Positions 1 through 13,771 of a stretch of 64,000 nucleotides of DNA are shown here, in pieces; position 1 is the stretch's first letter; the number at the start of each line of letters is the position of its first letter. The notes beneath the pieces are model-generated. The model ran no database searches. It saw nothing but the letters and a program-made list of their open reading frames with translations, and was not told where the DNA came from. The stretch covers positions 143,344,001 through 143,408,000 of the forward strand of contig OZ024742.1 of assembly GCA_964016885.1 (NCBI GenBank), in the 5' to 3' direction. Both the position numbers and the translations under genes were made by a program. Origin of the DNA: Eledone cirrhosa. Taxonomy: Eukaryota.

Positions 1-831
1 AGTAAACGTATATAAAGAGGTCTGTGTACATGTGTTTATGTGTTAGTATATATATATATATATATATATATATCAATATGTGAATAGAAAAGATAATGTC
101 GGAAGATGCTTGTAGCTTCACAGTTTCTTCGTATATATTTCATGTCGAACCAGAAATAGAAATCATAATAGGAACAAAGATAAAAACAAACTTTTTGACG
201 CACAAATAACTATATAAGCACGCAGCAGTACCAACAGCAGTACCAACAGCAGTACCAACAGCAGCATCATCATCAGTAGTAACAAAAACAAAAACATCAA
301 TTAAATGTCAAATGTTATATAGTGCTGCCCAAGAATATAATGAGTGTACCTGTTTAGTGATAATTATTTGTAGAACTACGAAGCAGTAGGTTATTCTTTT
401 GAGCCATACAAACATTGCGGCGATATAATTATTCTATTCGAAAAAAAAAAAGTATAAAAAAAAGAAAAGAAACAATCCTCTAGGCACCTTTACACCTTGT
501 ATGAATATGATCCCTTAGGAAACACGGTGCATTAAGAATCCATTTTGTGTTAATAAAAATAAATTGGAGAAATCAGACCGAAACGTGCCAAAGGACTTTT
601 GGCAAAATAGTAAAAGCAAAAACAACAACAACAACAAAAAATGTGTTGTGGTGAGGTTGTGATTCTGTGGGAAGTGAGATGAGGCGTTCAAGATAGCTTT
701 CATTGAAATCAAGATAGTTTCATGAAGAAATCTCTAATATTTCTTGTGCTGCTATCTTCCAGCCGTATCTATCAATGTTTATTTTTCTCATGTTTCCCAC
801 CTTGCGGATTTTCAACTCAAATAAGTGGGTT

Positions 832-866
<35 letters not shown>

Positions 867-1254
867 ACACACACACACACACACACACTCACTCACTCAC
901 TCACTCACTCACTCACTCACTCACTCACTCTCACACACACACACTCGCTCTCTCTCTCACACACGCACACTCTCTCTCTCTCACACACACACACACTCGC
1001 TCTCTCTCTCACACACACACACACTCTATCTCACACACACACACACACGCACTCTCTCTCTCTCCCTCTCTTCACCCCCCCACACACAAGCGTGCTCACG
1101 CGTGCACACACACGCACGGATAAATATACCAAAGAAATAAAGAAAACACATGAATCATGTGACAACTACTAGGAGGAGGAAAATGGTTTTTTGAATCTGA
1201 CTGATAAAATGACAAGTCACTCAATCATATTGGTGGCCTCCCCCACATCCCCGA

Positions 1255-1516
1255 TGTACAGAATGGAGAAGGCGTTTCCCCGGAGGACGGCAAGGGAGAC
1301 GCGCTGGAAAAGCCACTCCAACTAGCGGGGCTCACACCTGCGGCTGGCCAGCTCAGCGCCTATGGTGGTGAGTAGGGAGGTATCCCTAGGGTCGAGGACA
1401 CCAGAAGTCTCCACTGCCAAGGGTACAACCGCAAACCTGTTGGAGAGCGACCAGTACTTGAAGAGCTTGGCCTCTTCAGCCCGACGTGCAGCAGAACCTG
1501 GGTTAGTCGCAGACTC
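1255..1516 (-). mobile_element. CRE-type non-LTR retrotransposon, C-terminal end of RLE domain (decayed)
   Basis: Minus strand reads SATNPGSAARRAEEAKLFKY..VVPLAVETSG..EPR*LEWLFQRVSLAVLRGNAFSIL, matching the C-terminus of CRE-like RLE elements; one in-frame stop; GC-rich relative to flanks. Confidence 0.8.
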
Positions 1517-2137
1517 ACTGGCCTTGCCGGCGTTTCTTTCGTCGGTAAACTCATGCAGGGTTCTCCAAAACAATAGAACCCTCTGTGTTCAGGGAACGTG
1601 AGGCTGCCTGTTAGACGTGGGACCGGCTGAACTTATCCCAGTAGACGTCCCTCATCCTTCTCCCCCTGTTGACGTCAAGTGCCCCCAAAGCATTTGGGAT
1701 GCCATACAGTGCAGCCTGGCTTCACACAGGCTCACGCGCCAGCTCGACCAGCACCGCCTTGCCTGTTTTCGTGCGGCCTCCAAACCCCACTGTGATGTTT
1801 GGCTCCATCCTTGCCCTCCTTCTCCACTGGCACGCAGCTCGATAACAATAGCCTGCGCATCAGCGTTTCCTTGAGGCTCGGCCTCTGGATCTGCGAGCCA
1901 CACCAATGTCGCTGTGGATCCACCATGGACACTTTCGGCCTCCCCCCGCTTTCCTGTCGCCACAGTGCCGGTCGCCTTCCACGCCATGTGTCCTCAACGA
2001 GGTTATAAAGCATGGCTTGGACGCTGCAGGCTTCCCTTCCCAGCTCGAGCCGGTGGGGCTGGACCGAGGAGACGTCAAAAGGCCAGATGGCATGACCATC
2101 TTCCCGTTCCGCGGTGGCAAACCCCTCGTCTGGGATG
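1517..2137 (+). mobile_element. CRE-type non-LTR retrotransposon, RT C-terminus, zinc knuckle and RLE start (inverted relative to its 3' end)
   Basis: LALPAFLSS, SLRLGLWICEPHQCRCG..LSCRH and LEPVGLDRGDVKRPDGMTIFPFRGGKPLVWD (PD..D motif) across frameshifted ORFs 1362, 1799 and 1906. Confidence 0.8.
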
Positions 2138-2510
2138 ACAATTACTTTGTTCTTAGATTTTTCTAGTAATGTCAGTGTATATGTGCTAAGATATCTTCCT
2201 CCATCTTCCTCAGTATTGATAAGATGGTCAGCAGTAGAACAACAGCTATTTATAGTAACTTACCTATGTATCTATCCTCGGAAAATAGAAACAACATATT
2301 CCCCCCGTCTCTCTATACTTTCTCTCTCTCTGATTTATTGACTGTTGTGGAACGAACTTCTCTCTCTCTCTTTCTATATATATATATAAATATATATATG
2401 TATATATATATAAACAGAGAGAGAGGGGGGGGGTTAGTTCCACAATAGTTAATAAATCATTTTCGAGGGCGCGCGTTTGACCAAGCGGATTTTCAACTAA
2501 AATAAGTGGG

Positions 2511-2554
<44 letters not shown>

Positions 2555-2567
2555 GCACACACACGTA

Positions 2568-2767
<200 letters not shown>

Positions 2768-2853
2768 AATGATGAATCAAACATATCAAATATGTTTAGA
2801 ATTTTGTGTTTCTCAATAAGGAAGCTCAATAGACTTTATCTTGAGCCATAATA

Positions 2854-3092
2854 ACCAAATGAAAAAGATATATGTATATATATATAGAGAGAGAAAGAGC
2901 TATATATCCTATAAGAAACACGATATATTCTATATATACCAAATGCATATTCTATAGAAGAATATGCACCGCCTGTGTACATACTCTTCTATAGAATATG
3001 TATTTGTTATATATAGAATATACCGTGTTTCTTACACGATATATGGCTCTTTCTCCCTCTCTCTATATATACATATATATTTTTCATTTGGT
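2854..3092. repeat. Imperfect fold-back (inverted repeat), ~240 bp, MITE-like
   Basis: ACCAAATGAAAAA..TTCTATAGAAGA is mirrored by TCTTCTATAGAA..TTTTCATTTGGT around a centre near 2970. Confidence 0.75.
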
Positions 3093-3178
3093 CATATATA
3101 TATAAATATATATATGTCCCAAGGCTCCGATACCATCAACACCATAAACACAGAGCTGGCATATCTAAGAACTGACTA

Positions 3179-3234
3179 ACTGCCTTATGAGGTCATAGCC
3201 ATTCAATGGCTATCATCGAAATATATATAGCAGT
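3179..3234 (+). ncRNA. Type I hammerhead ribozyme motif, core mutated (CUUAUGA)
   Basis: Stem I ACTGC/GCAGT; CTTATGA; stem II GGT-C-ATAGCCA/TGGCTAT-C-ATC; GAAA; palindromic stem III ATATATAT; AUA cleavage triplet. Confidence 0.7.
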
Positions 3235-3371
3235 AAATAAAGGATTATGAGTTCATGCAAGTGACTTATGTTTCGTCACTAAATATATATATATATATAT
3301 ATATATATTTATTAAAATAACAGATTAAAGTTTAAGCAAAGAATCGCTGCTTTCTTCAATTTTATTATTAT

Positions 3372-3438
<67 letters not shown>

Positions 3439-3817
3439 TGCCAGTCCATCTATCTACCTATTTACTTGCTACTTAATTGTCTATCTGCTTGTCTCTCTAT
3501 ATTTAAATATATCTACCCTTGAACAAGAGCAACAATTACAAAAAAAACAAAGCAAAAACAAAACAGAACAAAAACAAACAAATCCCAATAGCAGACCGAA
3601 GCTAGTTAGCCGCTATGTTTGATAATGATTAAAGAAAACACGGTAGAAAACCATTGTAATTAATTTGAAATAGAGCGACGGCAGAGGTGACAAGTGTGAA
3701 AAGATCGAGGAAAATTCGAGGATTCAAGTATCCTGACATAGAATGTTGTAATGAAGAATTTACTATAAACCCTTCATTTTTGACAGGTGCTATGTTGGTA
3801 TGTATGTATATATATAG

Positions 3818-3998
3818 TAATAATTGTTTCTACGTTAGGCACAAGGCCAGCAATTACCCAGTGTATTACTGGTACTTTATTTTATCGACCCCGTAAGGAT
3901 GAAAGGCAAAGTCAACCTCGGCAGGATTTGAACTCAGATCGTAAAGGGACGTAACTATGCTGGAAAGCATGGCGTCCGACCCTCTACCGATACTGCCA
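3818..3998 (-). mobile_element. tRNA-derived SINE, family 1
   Basis: Minus strand has A-box TGGCAGTATCGG, B-box GAGTTCAAATCC and central TTTCATCCTTACGGGGTCGATAAAATAAAGTACCAG; near-identical to copies at ~16953, 17468, 17691, 21318 and 40619. Confidence 0.85.
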
Positions 3999-4002
3999 GT
4001 AA

Positions 4003-4217
4003 TAATAGTTTCTTATATAGGCACAAGTCCAGTAATTTTGGGGGAGGGGAAAGTCGATGAAATCGACCCCAGTGCATTACTGGTACTTTATTTTATCGAC
4101 CCAGTAAGGATGAAAGGCTAAGCTAACAGCGGGATCTGTAATCAGAACGTTAAGGTTCGTAACTATATGCCGTAAAGAATGTTGTCAGACGCTCTACCGA
4201 TACTGCCAATCCACCGA
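4003..4217 (-). mobile_element. tRNA-derived SINE, family 1, longer variant
   Basis: Same head and central domain as the adjacent copy plus an extra GGGGAGGGGAAAGTCGATGAAATCGAC segment. Confidence 0.8.
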
Positions 4218-4429
4218 ATAATAATGATAATTTTAATAAGAGAGTGTGTACTAATATGACTATGCCTGGGATGCTGCTGAAATATTAACAAGACTACAGA
4301 GTATAGCAACAACAGCAATAGTAATTGTGGTAGTTAGATTAATAATGATAGTGATGGTGATAATGATTTCTTTACCTACCACATGAAGAGAATATTAAGG
4401 ACAGCACTACTAATAATATAAACCATGGC

Positions 4430-7400
4430 ATCTTGCTGGGACTAGCTGTGTTTCATGGGCATGACGAGATCACTAATCTTGGTTGATAATCATCTTAGAG
4501 GTGGTATCTTGAACAAAATTAACCCTTGGCGGTGAAGGATAAAGCGCATAAAAATCAGCAACAAAAGCCAATGAATGTCTACAGACAAAAACACACACCG
4601 CATCGGTCGTCGCCCGGGTAAACAAAGACCGCGTCCTTTGGGGAGAAATCAACCTATGGGCGAAAAGTCTGCTGCTGAAACGAGCTCTTCTCCAAACACG
4701 GACTTGAATGGTCACTTGAACGAGAATAATCTCTACCCAAGCCCTTCAAGTTCAGCACCACAGGAAAAACAAAAATCTCAATGTATCAAATGGACTCGAA
4801 AAGAGTATAAAGAAGTGATTATACGCATTTCATCACTCATTGGACAAACCAACAGAATTGAAATAGACAGTAAATTCTTTTAGGGTATGGAAGGAAACAA
4901 ATCCGGAAAGAGACCAAACCTAGACGAAAACAAACTTGCACCTGTAAGAAGGATATTCTTACAAACAAGAGACTAACAGATGCAGAGTTAAATGAAATTA
5001 AGAAGAAAGTTGAAGAAGATTTGAGAATACCAATATCAGAAAGGGATAGAAATGAATATGTGACAGAAGAGACACCACAAAACGTATTGACGATGTTGTC
5101 ACCAGGAGAGATTCCACAGAACATTGAGGGTATCAGAAACACAACAGAGCAGGTGGAAGCTGAAAGACAGATTGACAATATGAATGAGGGTACTTCTATT
5201 CATGAACATAACGATCAGATAGAACAAACAAAACAAGAAATTCTCAATGAACTTAGGAAAATAAAAAGCATTAGTATGGGTGAAAGAGAGTCCTCGCAAA
5301 AATTGACAAGCAACAACCAGAACGCATAAGAACTGGAAATCAGGCTGTTAAAGCAATAATTGAAGAGATGGAGCCAGATATATGAGAAGTGAATGAGGTT
5401 ATTTATGCAGCATCAACAGTAATAGAAAGGAAATGTGTGTTAAGGAAAAAGCAAAAAAGGACACAACACCACCCTGAAAGACAATTGAATTGATGAGGGG
5501 ATAAATATCGACCCTGGATGAACTGGAATTGGTACTAAAGAAAGCCAACGAATGGAAATCCCCGAGCTTGATAAAGTGCCAAACTTCTGGTTATCTTCTC
5601 TTACTGCTTCCAATGATATGTTGTTAAAGTGTTATAACGAATTATGCACAATCCTGGGAAAACTCTTGATTTGTTTGCAATGGGTATAACATTGTCGAAA
5701 TTGACAGAAATAAATATTCATTTGCCTTCCCACATCATACAACATTCTCTCCTCAACCTTCACTGAGATAGCCTACAAATTTATGGATGAAAATCATCTT
5801 TTCCCTATTGAGCAGAAAAGTTGTCGTCGCAAAGACCAACTTCTCACTAACCGCATGATTCTGGAAAAAGCATGGAAATCTGAGTACTGTTCGGATTGGC
5901 TATAAGAAAGCATTTGACTGTGCTTCCCACGCATAGATTTCGAAAACTTTGGATGTTCTGAAAATTTCCCCAGTAATATCAAACTTGCTGAAATACAACA
6001 TATCTATGTGGAATACAAATCTATCATTGTCACAGTGATGGAACGATAAACTCAAGCAGCATAACTATGAACTGTGGTATTTCTAAAGGTGATTCGTTTT
6101 CTCCTCTGATATTTTGCATTGCACTCATACTGCTGTCTCTGGCGCTCAACAAAACAAAATGGCTACTAAATAGACAGCAAAACAATAAATGACCTATTTT
6201 ATATGGATGACTTGAAGCGAGTTTGGACTGGAAAAATGCGCCAAAGCAACATTCAAGAAAGGCAGAATGACAAGCACAAACTCAATGGAAATAGATGTGA
6301 ATACAGTAATTAGGGAACTAGAACAGGAACGAACCTTCAGATATCTAGGGACTAATGAAGGCCAAGGTAGTCACATTGCCAGCATGAAAGAGAGAATCAG
6401 GAAGGAACTACAGGAGATTACGCGCTGTCTTAAAACTGAGCTTAACTCGAGAAATAAACTATCTGCCATAAATGTGCTTGCATTCGTAGTTGTCCCATAC
6501 AGTTTCAATACCATAGAATGGAACGTTAATGAAATTAAGAGAACAGACACCAAAATCAGGAAACTTTTGACCTGTAATAAAATACATAAGTCAAAAGCAG
6601 ATGTGGATCACCTCTATCTCCCTAGACAAAAAGGGGGTAATGCAATGATCTAGCTTGAGCTGTCATACAGGATATCGACCATTAGAATCGATCAGTACCT
6701 TAAAACCACAGATGACTGGAAGGTGAAAATGGTTGCAGATCATGAAAGGAAGAAAACGTTACATTCAGTCACAAAGGAAAGTAGGAAGTTTGCAGAAGAA
6801 TTAGGAATGCATTTTGAAAATAATGTCGATTCTGCAATTAAATCTGCAAATAACATCAAAATGTTAGCAAAACATGAAGGCCAACAGAAACTGTGCACTA
6901 AATGTGAACAAAAACCACTGCATATATATGAAACTCTCACCCATCAGTGGCTGCGGAGTTCCGAGCTAAAGGCAGAGAGTGAGGGCTTCATTTTCAACGT
7001 GCAACTTTCAAGCCAATGTGATCAGAACTGGAATTGATCCCAAAAGTCGATTCTGTGATGAGCATGTTAAGACCATTGACCATCTAGTTTCAGGCTGCAA
7101 AGAATTAGCTCCCCAGGAATATAAAACGAGGCATGATAGAGTGGGGAAATACTTACACTGGGTAATTTTGCAGGTTTTATTGTCTGAAAATGGAAGGAAA
7201 ATGGTACAACCATCACCCAGATGCAGTAACAGGAGGCGAGAATGTGGCAACCTCTGGGATTTCCCTGTGAATACTGACAGAATAATTAAGGCCAACAGAC
7301 CTGATATAATTGTGAAGGACCATAAAGAGAAAACATGTTTCTTAATTGATATGATCACTCCATCGGATCGTAATATCTCGAAAAACTTCGGAAATCTCAG

Positions 7401-7730
7401 TAAGTATAAAGATCTATCAATTGAAATTGAGAAAAAGTTTGGCTTCTTAAGGCCATAACAATACCAGTTATAGTCGGCACACTTTGAATGATAAAAAAAA
7501 GGAACTGAAAAATATTCGGACCAGATACCTGGAAAGCCATCTCTGCAAGAGATACAGAAAATAGTGTTGACTGGCACTGTACATGCTCCGAGAAAGGCGT
7601 TATCAATTTAAAAACCTTGCAAAGACATTTACTGTTGTTTGTGCTCTTTTAGTATCATTTGTATGACAACTGCTTGTAAAATGTATGTATTATCAAAGTT
7701 TGCCTCGGGTGTTAGGAAAGAAGCAGAATT
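4430..7730 (+). mobile_element. R4/Dong-type non-LTR retrotransposon (RT + CCHC + RLE), decayed and internally deleted
   Basis: N-terminal KWTRKEYKEVI; RT motifs GDSFSPLIFCIAL and FYMDDLK (~6198); HLYLPRQKGG; TIDHLVSGC..YKTRHDRVGKYLHW; RPDIIVKD..LID; many stops and frameshifts. Confidence 0.85.
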
Positions 7731-7789
7731 CAAAGAAAGTTTAAAATGATAAAAATAAGAATAATTAGAGGCATATGCATTGAAACCAT

Positions 7790-8545
7790 TGAAAGTAAAG
7801 AGAATTGCAAACAGGACTGCTGGCTGAGAAACTGAGCACAGGGAGAGTGTGTAATTACAGGGTCAATTTGAAAGAGAAACGAAGGAAGTGAAAGTAGGCT
7901 CTTCATGGAATTGGTTGACATAAGGTGATCTTAAGAGAGAAGCAGAACGTTTATTTATAGCCGCTGAAGATCAAGTACTAAACACAAACTCGATAAGGAA
8001 TATGTAAAAGCCGGATGAAACAAATAAGTGTAGGTTATAAGTGAGTGCTTGCGAAGAGGGAATATAAATGGCGTCACGATAAAGTGTGCTTACACCTCCA
8101 TGGCTCTTTATGCAAGAAAAATGGGCTTGCAACCACTGAAAAATGTTAGCACAAACCAGAGAAGCTCCAACAAAATCTGATCGTGATACTCTTGTGGGAC
8201 TTTACAATCCAGAAACATAGAGCTCTTTAAAATACAAGGCCAGACATAACTTTGGTGCAGAATAGTACTGAAAGGAGGTGTTTGTTGATCGGTGTAGCTT
8301 TCCCAGGAGACCATTACATCAATGGTGAGGAAAACGTAAAAATCATAAAGTATAAAGTCTTGAGAATAGATGCCATGAGAATATGGAATATGACAGCATG
8401 AGTGGTATCAACTGTGATAGGAATAGTTGGGTCAGTGTCAGAAACACTTTAGAAAGACCTTGTTATAATTGGAATTACGACATTGCAAAAAACAAGACAT
8501 TAGGGTACAGCAAATATCTTGCGGAATGTACTATCTATCTGAGGC
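7790..8545 (+). mobile_element. Second, more decayed R4/Dong-type 3' fragment
   Basis: Remnants LKREAERLFIAAEDQVLNTNSI, EYKWRHDKVCLHLH, WDFTIQ and RPDI. Confidence 0.7.
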
Positions 8546-8879
8546 TACATAACTTAATAGAGAGTCAAAAAAGCACATATGTTCTGTCTATCCTCAAGTT
8601 ATTTAAAAAAATAGATGTACGTTTTGGAAGCTGGTGGTATGGAGGTACACAACTACCATCGATTGTTTTGTACATCGATAAGTTTGCGCTCCAAAACGAT
8701 CGTAAAAATATTGGATTGATTAATGACTTAACCTCATCTTTCTTAGTCTTTTATCATTTAATATTGTATACATATGGTACATTATTAGAATACTGGAATT
8801 TCTCTTCAGGACAAAACTACAGTAAGAATTCCGATGTATTTCGAGGTAATTACCCATTCGTCCTGAAGAGAAATCCCAG

Positions 8880-8968
<89 letters not shown>

Positions 8969-9403
8969 TACAGGAGAATGTAAAGTTCGGTGTAGATGTT
9001 TAAAAATCTTTTAACAAAGCTGTGATACATATTTCCATGGTGATCATGGTTACGTAATGGTTCAATCCCGCAACGAGTCACGTGATATCATCAAACAGCA
9101 TCTATGTAATAAGGTTACGTTTCCGAGGCGATCCAATCTAAAGACAAGGGAACGGACAGGTATGTTTTCACAGCCAAAGTCCCTTTCCTTGCGAACTTTA
9201 GTTCCACCACACAGCTTTGCGCAGGCGTGGATGTGGAGAACTGACTGATCATCCATCTATCACCCCTTCCATGAAAGCAGTAAGGCCCACAGAGACAAGC
9301 CTATCTCACATACCCCGATTAATCAACATGTTTACCGTAATATATATAAACATGTGTATATATTCACATACATGTATACATTTATATATAAGTGTGAGAA
9401 TAT

Positions 9404-9519
<116 letters not shown>

Positions 9520-10940
9520 GCAAGTGTATGTATATGTGTGCTTGTCTATAATATGCACATATACGTATATACACACATATATTATTCCGATTTTCCATTT
9601 GGAGAATTCATACATCGATTAAAGGAATCTGTATTTAGAGATATTTATTGTACAGTTTATCTTTCAGAATTATGTTCTGTTTGAGAAATATTCCGCTATT
9701 CAATTTTTCTATATTTTTCTCCTTTCGATGATAGGCGTTAAAATTATTTTTTTTTACCTTCTTTATTATTGTATAGACTGTTTTAGAACGATAAGAAACA
9801 GTGTTAAGTCTTTAATTGTTTAGGTGAATAAAGCCATAGATATCACTGACAATGTTGAATTTCAACGGCTTTTTACAGATTCTCATAGTTATTCTCCTAT
9901 CATAAGCGGAAATTGTATGATTCTTCAAAATCTGATCAACTGAATGCTCTGGGGTTCGCTTGATCTGAATTTTTTCAGAAAAGCAATTAATGGGTTTTTA
10001 TATTATTATTATTATGATTATTATTATTATTGTTGTTGTTGTTGTTGGTAATATTGTTGTTGGTGGTGTTGTTATCCTTTTGGCTAGTTATTTCCATGGT
10101 TGTATTGCAGCTATTATTTTCTGAATTCTCCAGAGAATAGAAATAGAAGAAGCAGTAAAGTACAGAAAGAGAGAGAAAAAAAAAAGTTGCTCTGAGTTCA
10201 ATTAGAATCGAAATGTCCATTTATGACAATCAACAATACGATTTATCAACAGTGTTTCTGTCAAAGCAATAATTAGTAACTAAATTCTACATCCAGCAAG
10301 AAATGAAATTTCATTGTTAAAAGGAAATTAGTGAATGTGTTTAGGCTTTATGAGAGCAACTACTGGCATTTTCTAGTGTTCCGTTCAAATTCTTCTACTT
10401 CTTTCATTATAAACGTCTATTATTATTTAGGTCATCACCAGGTTAATAAACATACATTGCGAAGAAACGAAACGAGTTAAATACCAACAGCATAGCTATT
10501 ATAGCATTCTATCAATATCTAATATTTATATGTGATTACTATTGAGTTGAATTTTACCAAAATCTAAATACATAATTGCTTCTTTTCGTTATTACATTTA
10601 CACGAAGCCTAACATGTTTAGAGGAAAGAGAACTGGAAGTTTGTGAACGTCACAATAGCGACGTAAGTGATATGACTTGGATATATTTTTACATACTTTT
10701 ACCTAGTCTGTATGTTATTCAGCAATAACAATTATATTAGTTTCTTACAATTCTCCAAAGCCACACAAATTTATAAGAATCAACTACTAGAAATAGTACT
10801 CAAATCTTTCATTCTTTCGGAGTAGATAAAATAAATTACCAGTCGTGGACAGTGGATTGGGAGAATTAATAGTGCACTGGTCGGTATATCTTTTGGAATT
10901 GATGGCGTTCATCACGGGTCCCTCTCTTTCTCTCTCTCTG

Positions 10941-11024
<84 letters not shown>

Positions 11025-11068
11025 CAGAATAATAATAAATGAAGACATTCACATAATCAAAATATATG

Positions 11069-11131
11069 TTTTATTAAATATATTTCGAAGGTATTGTGGG
11101 GTTTTTTTCAGTACGTCCTCGTCAGATAAAA
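11069..11131 (-). ncRNA. Type I hammerhead ribozyme motif, intact core
   Basis: Minus strand: TTTTAT CTGACGA [GGAC-GTACTG..CAATAC-CTTC] GAAA TATATT TA ATAAAA; 6-bp stem I, weak stem III; lies in a ~185-bp segment between TA tracts. Confidence 0.6.
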
Positions 11132-11212
11132 TACATGAATTGATGTGTGACATACCTCAACTGTCTCGAGAGTTCAATTCCAGTATTGTCAGTCAATTAT
11201 CAGTTATATATA

Positions 11213-11260
11213 TACATGGATATAAAGTAGTGGCCGTACTGGAAAACGAGTTGGCAGCCA

Positions 11261-11296
<36 letters not shown>

Positions 11297-11344
11297 TGGC
11301 TGCCAACTCGTTTTCGAGTACGGCCACTACTTTATATCCATGTA
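11213..11344. repeat. Palindrome with ~50-bp arms around a (TA)n centre
   Basis: CATGGATATAAAGTAGTGGCCGTACT(G/C)GAAAACGAGTTGGCAGCCACC and its reverse complement, one mismatch. Confidence 0.9.
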
Positions 11345-11713
11345 GGAGAACCCCTACCGATGCGCTGAACGAGTGTGACTTTTTAGTCCAGCCAGCGACT
11401 TGAAAACTCTGGTACAAACACTACACTTGTGACAATTATTGACACATAGTGCTGGGCCCATGGTACCATGTGACGACAAGTGCAGAGAGATCTCCAGATA
11501 TAAAGCAATGCCTGTGCCGTGAAGCTTTTATAGTGAGCAAAGGCACTGCACAAAGCCAGTCCCACTCTCTTAACCAAGATGATATTTACCAAAATGAAGA
11601 ACAAGTCAACATCATTGGATACCATCAGGGTTGCAGGTGTTATATCAGAGTTTTCCTTCTCCTAGAATTCTGCCTTGACAAAGGCTAAGAGGTCATCTCT
11701 CCCGGTCATCACC

Positions 11714-11776
<63 letters not shown>

Positions 11777-11915
11777 ACACATCATACATATATATATATA
11801 ATTATATATATATATATATTTAAAAGAATATAGATATATATATATATATATATATAAGATAGGAGACCATATTCAATTAGTTCAGGTTTATTTAAAACTC
11901 CGTTATACATATTTC

Positions 11916-11948
<33 letters not shown>

Positions 11949-12239
11949 CAGCACAAAATAACGTATTTGATTGTGACCATATAGTTCATTAAAATTTATT
12001 AGACTTAATTGCCGTTCATTGAATATAGGCAAATTTATACCAATTAAACATTTCTGAAACTAACTTACCGAATGAGACGTCACACCCAACTTAGAGTAAT
12101 TGGCAATGACTGCAAGTAAATGTTGAAGGTGTAAAATGAGATGCTTTTGAGGTCTGCTACATAGCTTCGGTTTTTTAAGGTGTTAAGTGAATAAAAAATG
12201 TCGCCCGTTTATAGCAGGTAACATTCCGAAACAGATTGT

Positions 12240-12365
12240 TTGGCGGAACATTGGCGGGGTCGTTAGAGCATCGGTATTTGTCCTGCCACTCTGCGCTTCG
12301 AGTTCAAATCTCACCGAGGTTAACTTGTCTTTCATCCTTTCAGTGTCAATAAAATTTACTAGTCT
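12240..12365 (+). mobile_element. tRNA-derived SINE, family 1, diverged
   Basis: GAGTTCAAATCTCACCGAGGTTAAC..TTTCATCCTT..GTCAATAAAA. Confidence 0.7.
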
Positions 12366-13312
12366 TGGGATGGCATATTGGTGGAATTTTAGAGTTGAAA
12401 AGGATGCTTCGAGGTACCTGATCTGGTTCTGAGCGTTCTGCATTCAAATCCCGTCTCTTTCTGCCAGAAGTTGCGATAGGAAGACGGTATCAACAATGGA
12501 AAGAACAATCGAAACAAACAGTTTCTTTGCTTCGATCTAACGATCGGTTCCTTTCAATTTAAACCGAGAAAATATATGATAAAGGGCTCTACCCTGAAAC
12601 TCCAAAAGATGCCAGCATCAGATTTGAACTCAAGACCTAGAGGAAGGTAGTACAATACTCTTGAAGTATTCGTTGCCGCCCAAGATTATTTCGGTGTGCA
12701 TCGAAAATATATATTCAGCAAAACTAAATATGTTTTCCTGTTTGAACTTTTATCTCCAACGATAATATTCATATACTCATTCCCAGTTGTGGGACCAACA
12801 AACTTATCCGTTCGAAATTTTGTATATAACACAACAAGCAAAGAAAGAAAAAAAAGATGAACCGAAATAAGTAAAAGAAAATATGAGTGAGTAGAAAGAA
12901 AGAAAAAGGAAAAGGCGACTGGTAGTGTAAAAAAAGTTCCCTTGTTGCATCTCTAAAAACAACTTAAAGAATCGACAAATTATAAATATTAATCCAGACG
13001 AGAAATTGCTTACTAACAGTTGTATTCAAACTGAACTGCATATATTATAGAAAACAATTGGTCATTCGTAGATCAGCTTATACAGCTGTTTTTACCATTA
13101 AACACTACCCTTCCCACAAGAGACAACAAGACTTCATTCTATGTTGCCAGAACCGGGAAATAAAATCTTTCTCTTGCTTTAACAACCAGATGTAAGACAT
13201 GTGAAACGTGCCAAGCCAACCGTTCCCAAATTCATCATTTATGCAATAAGAATCTTTATCCTCATTTGAGCATAATCATTTATTCCCTTTTGTACACACA
13301 TGCACATACGCG

Positions 13313-13426
<114 letters not shown>

Positions 13427-13494
13427 ACGCATTCCTTCTAACAATTTAATATAATATGGACAATCTTCACTATTTGGAGAAGTTGAAAATGAGT

Positions 13495-13589
<95 letters not shown>

Positions 13590-13713
13590 GTGTGTGTGTG
13601 GTGTGTCTGTGTATATATATATATATTACATAATTATTATATAGATCACATATACACACATATGCATATATTTATATGGGCGTATGTATGCGTAAATACA
13701 TGCACACAGACAA

Positions 13714-13771
<58 letters not shown>

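Noticed and set aside
8383-9003. 206-aa ORF
   Set aside because: Spans off-frame LINE remnant, AT-rich filler and a (CA)n tract; no motif
9040-9330. Higher-GC block with a donor-like ACAGGTATGT
   Set aside because: No recognisable peptide or acceptor; cannot be supported as an exon
9987-10220. Poly-Asn ORF after a pyrimidine tract as a terminal exon
   Set aside because: Mostly triplet repeat, with no recognisable domain or partner exons
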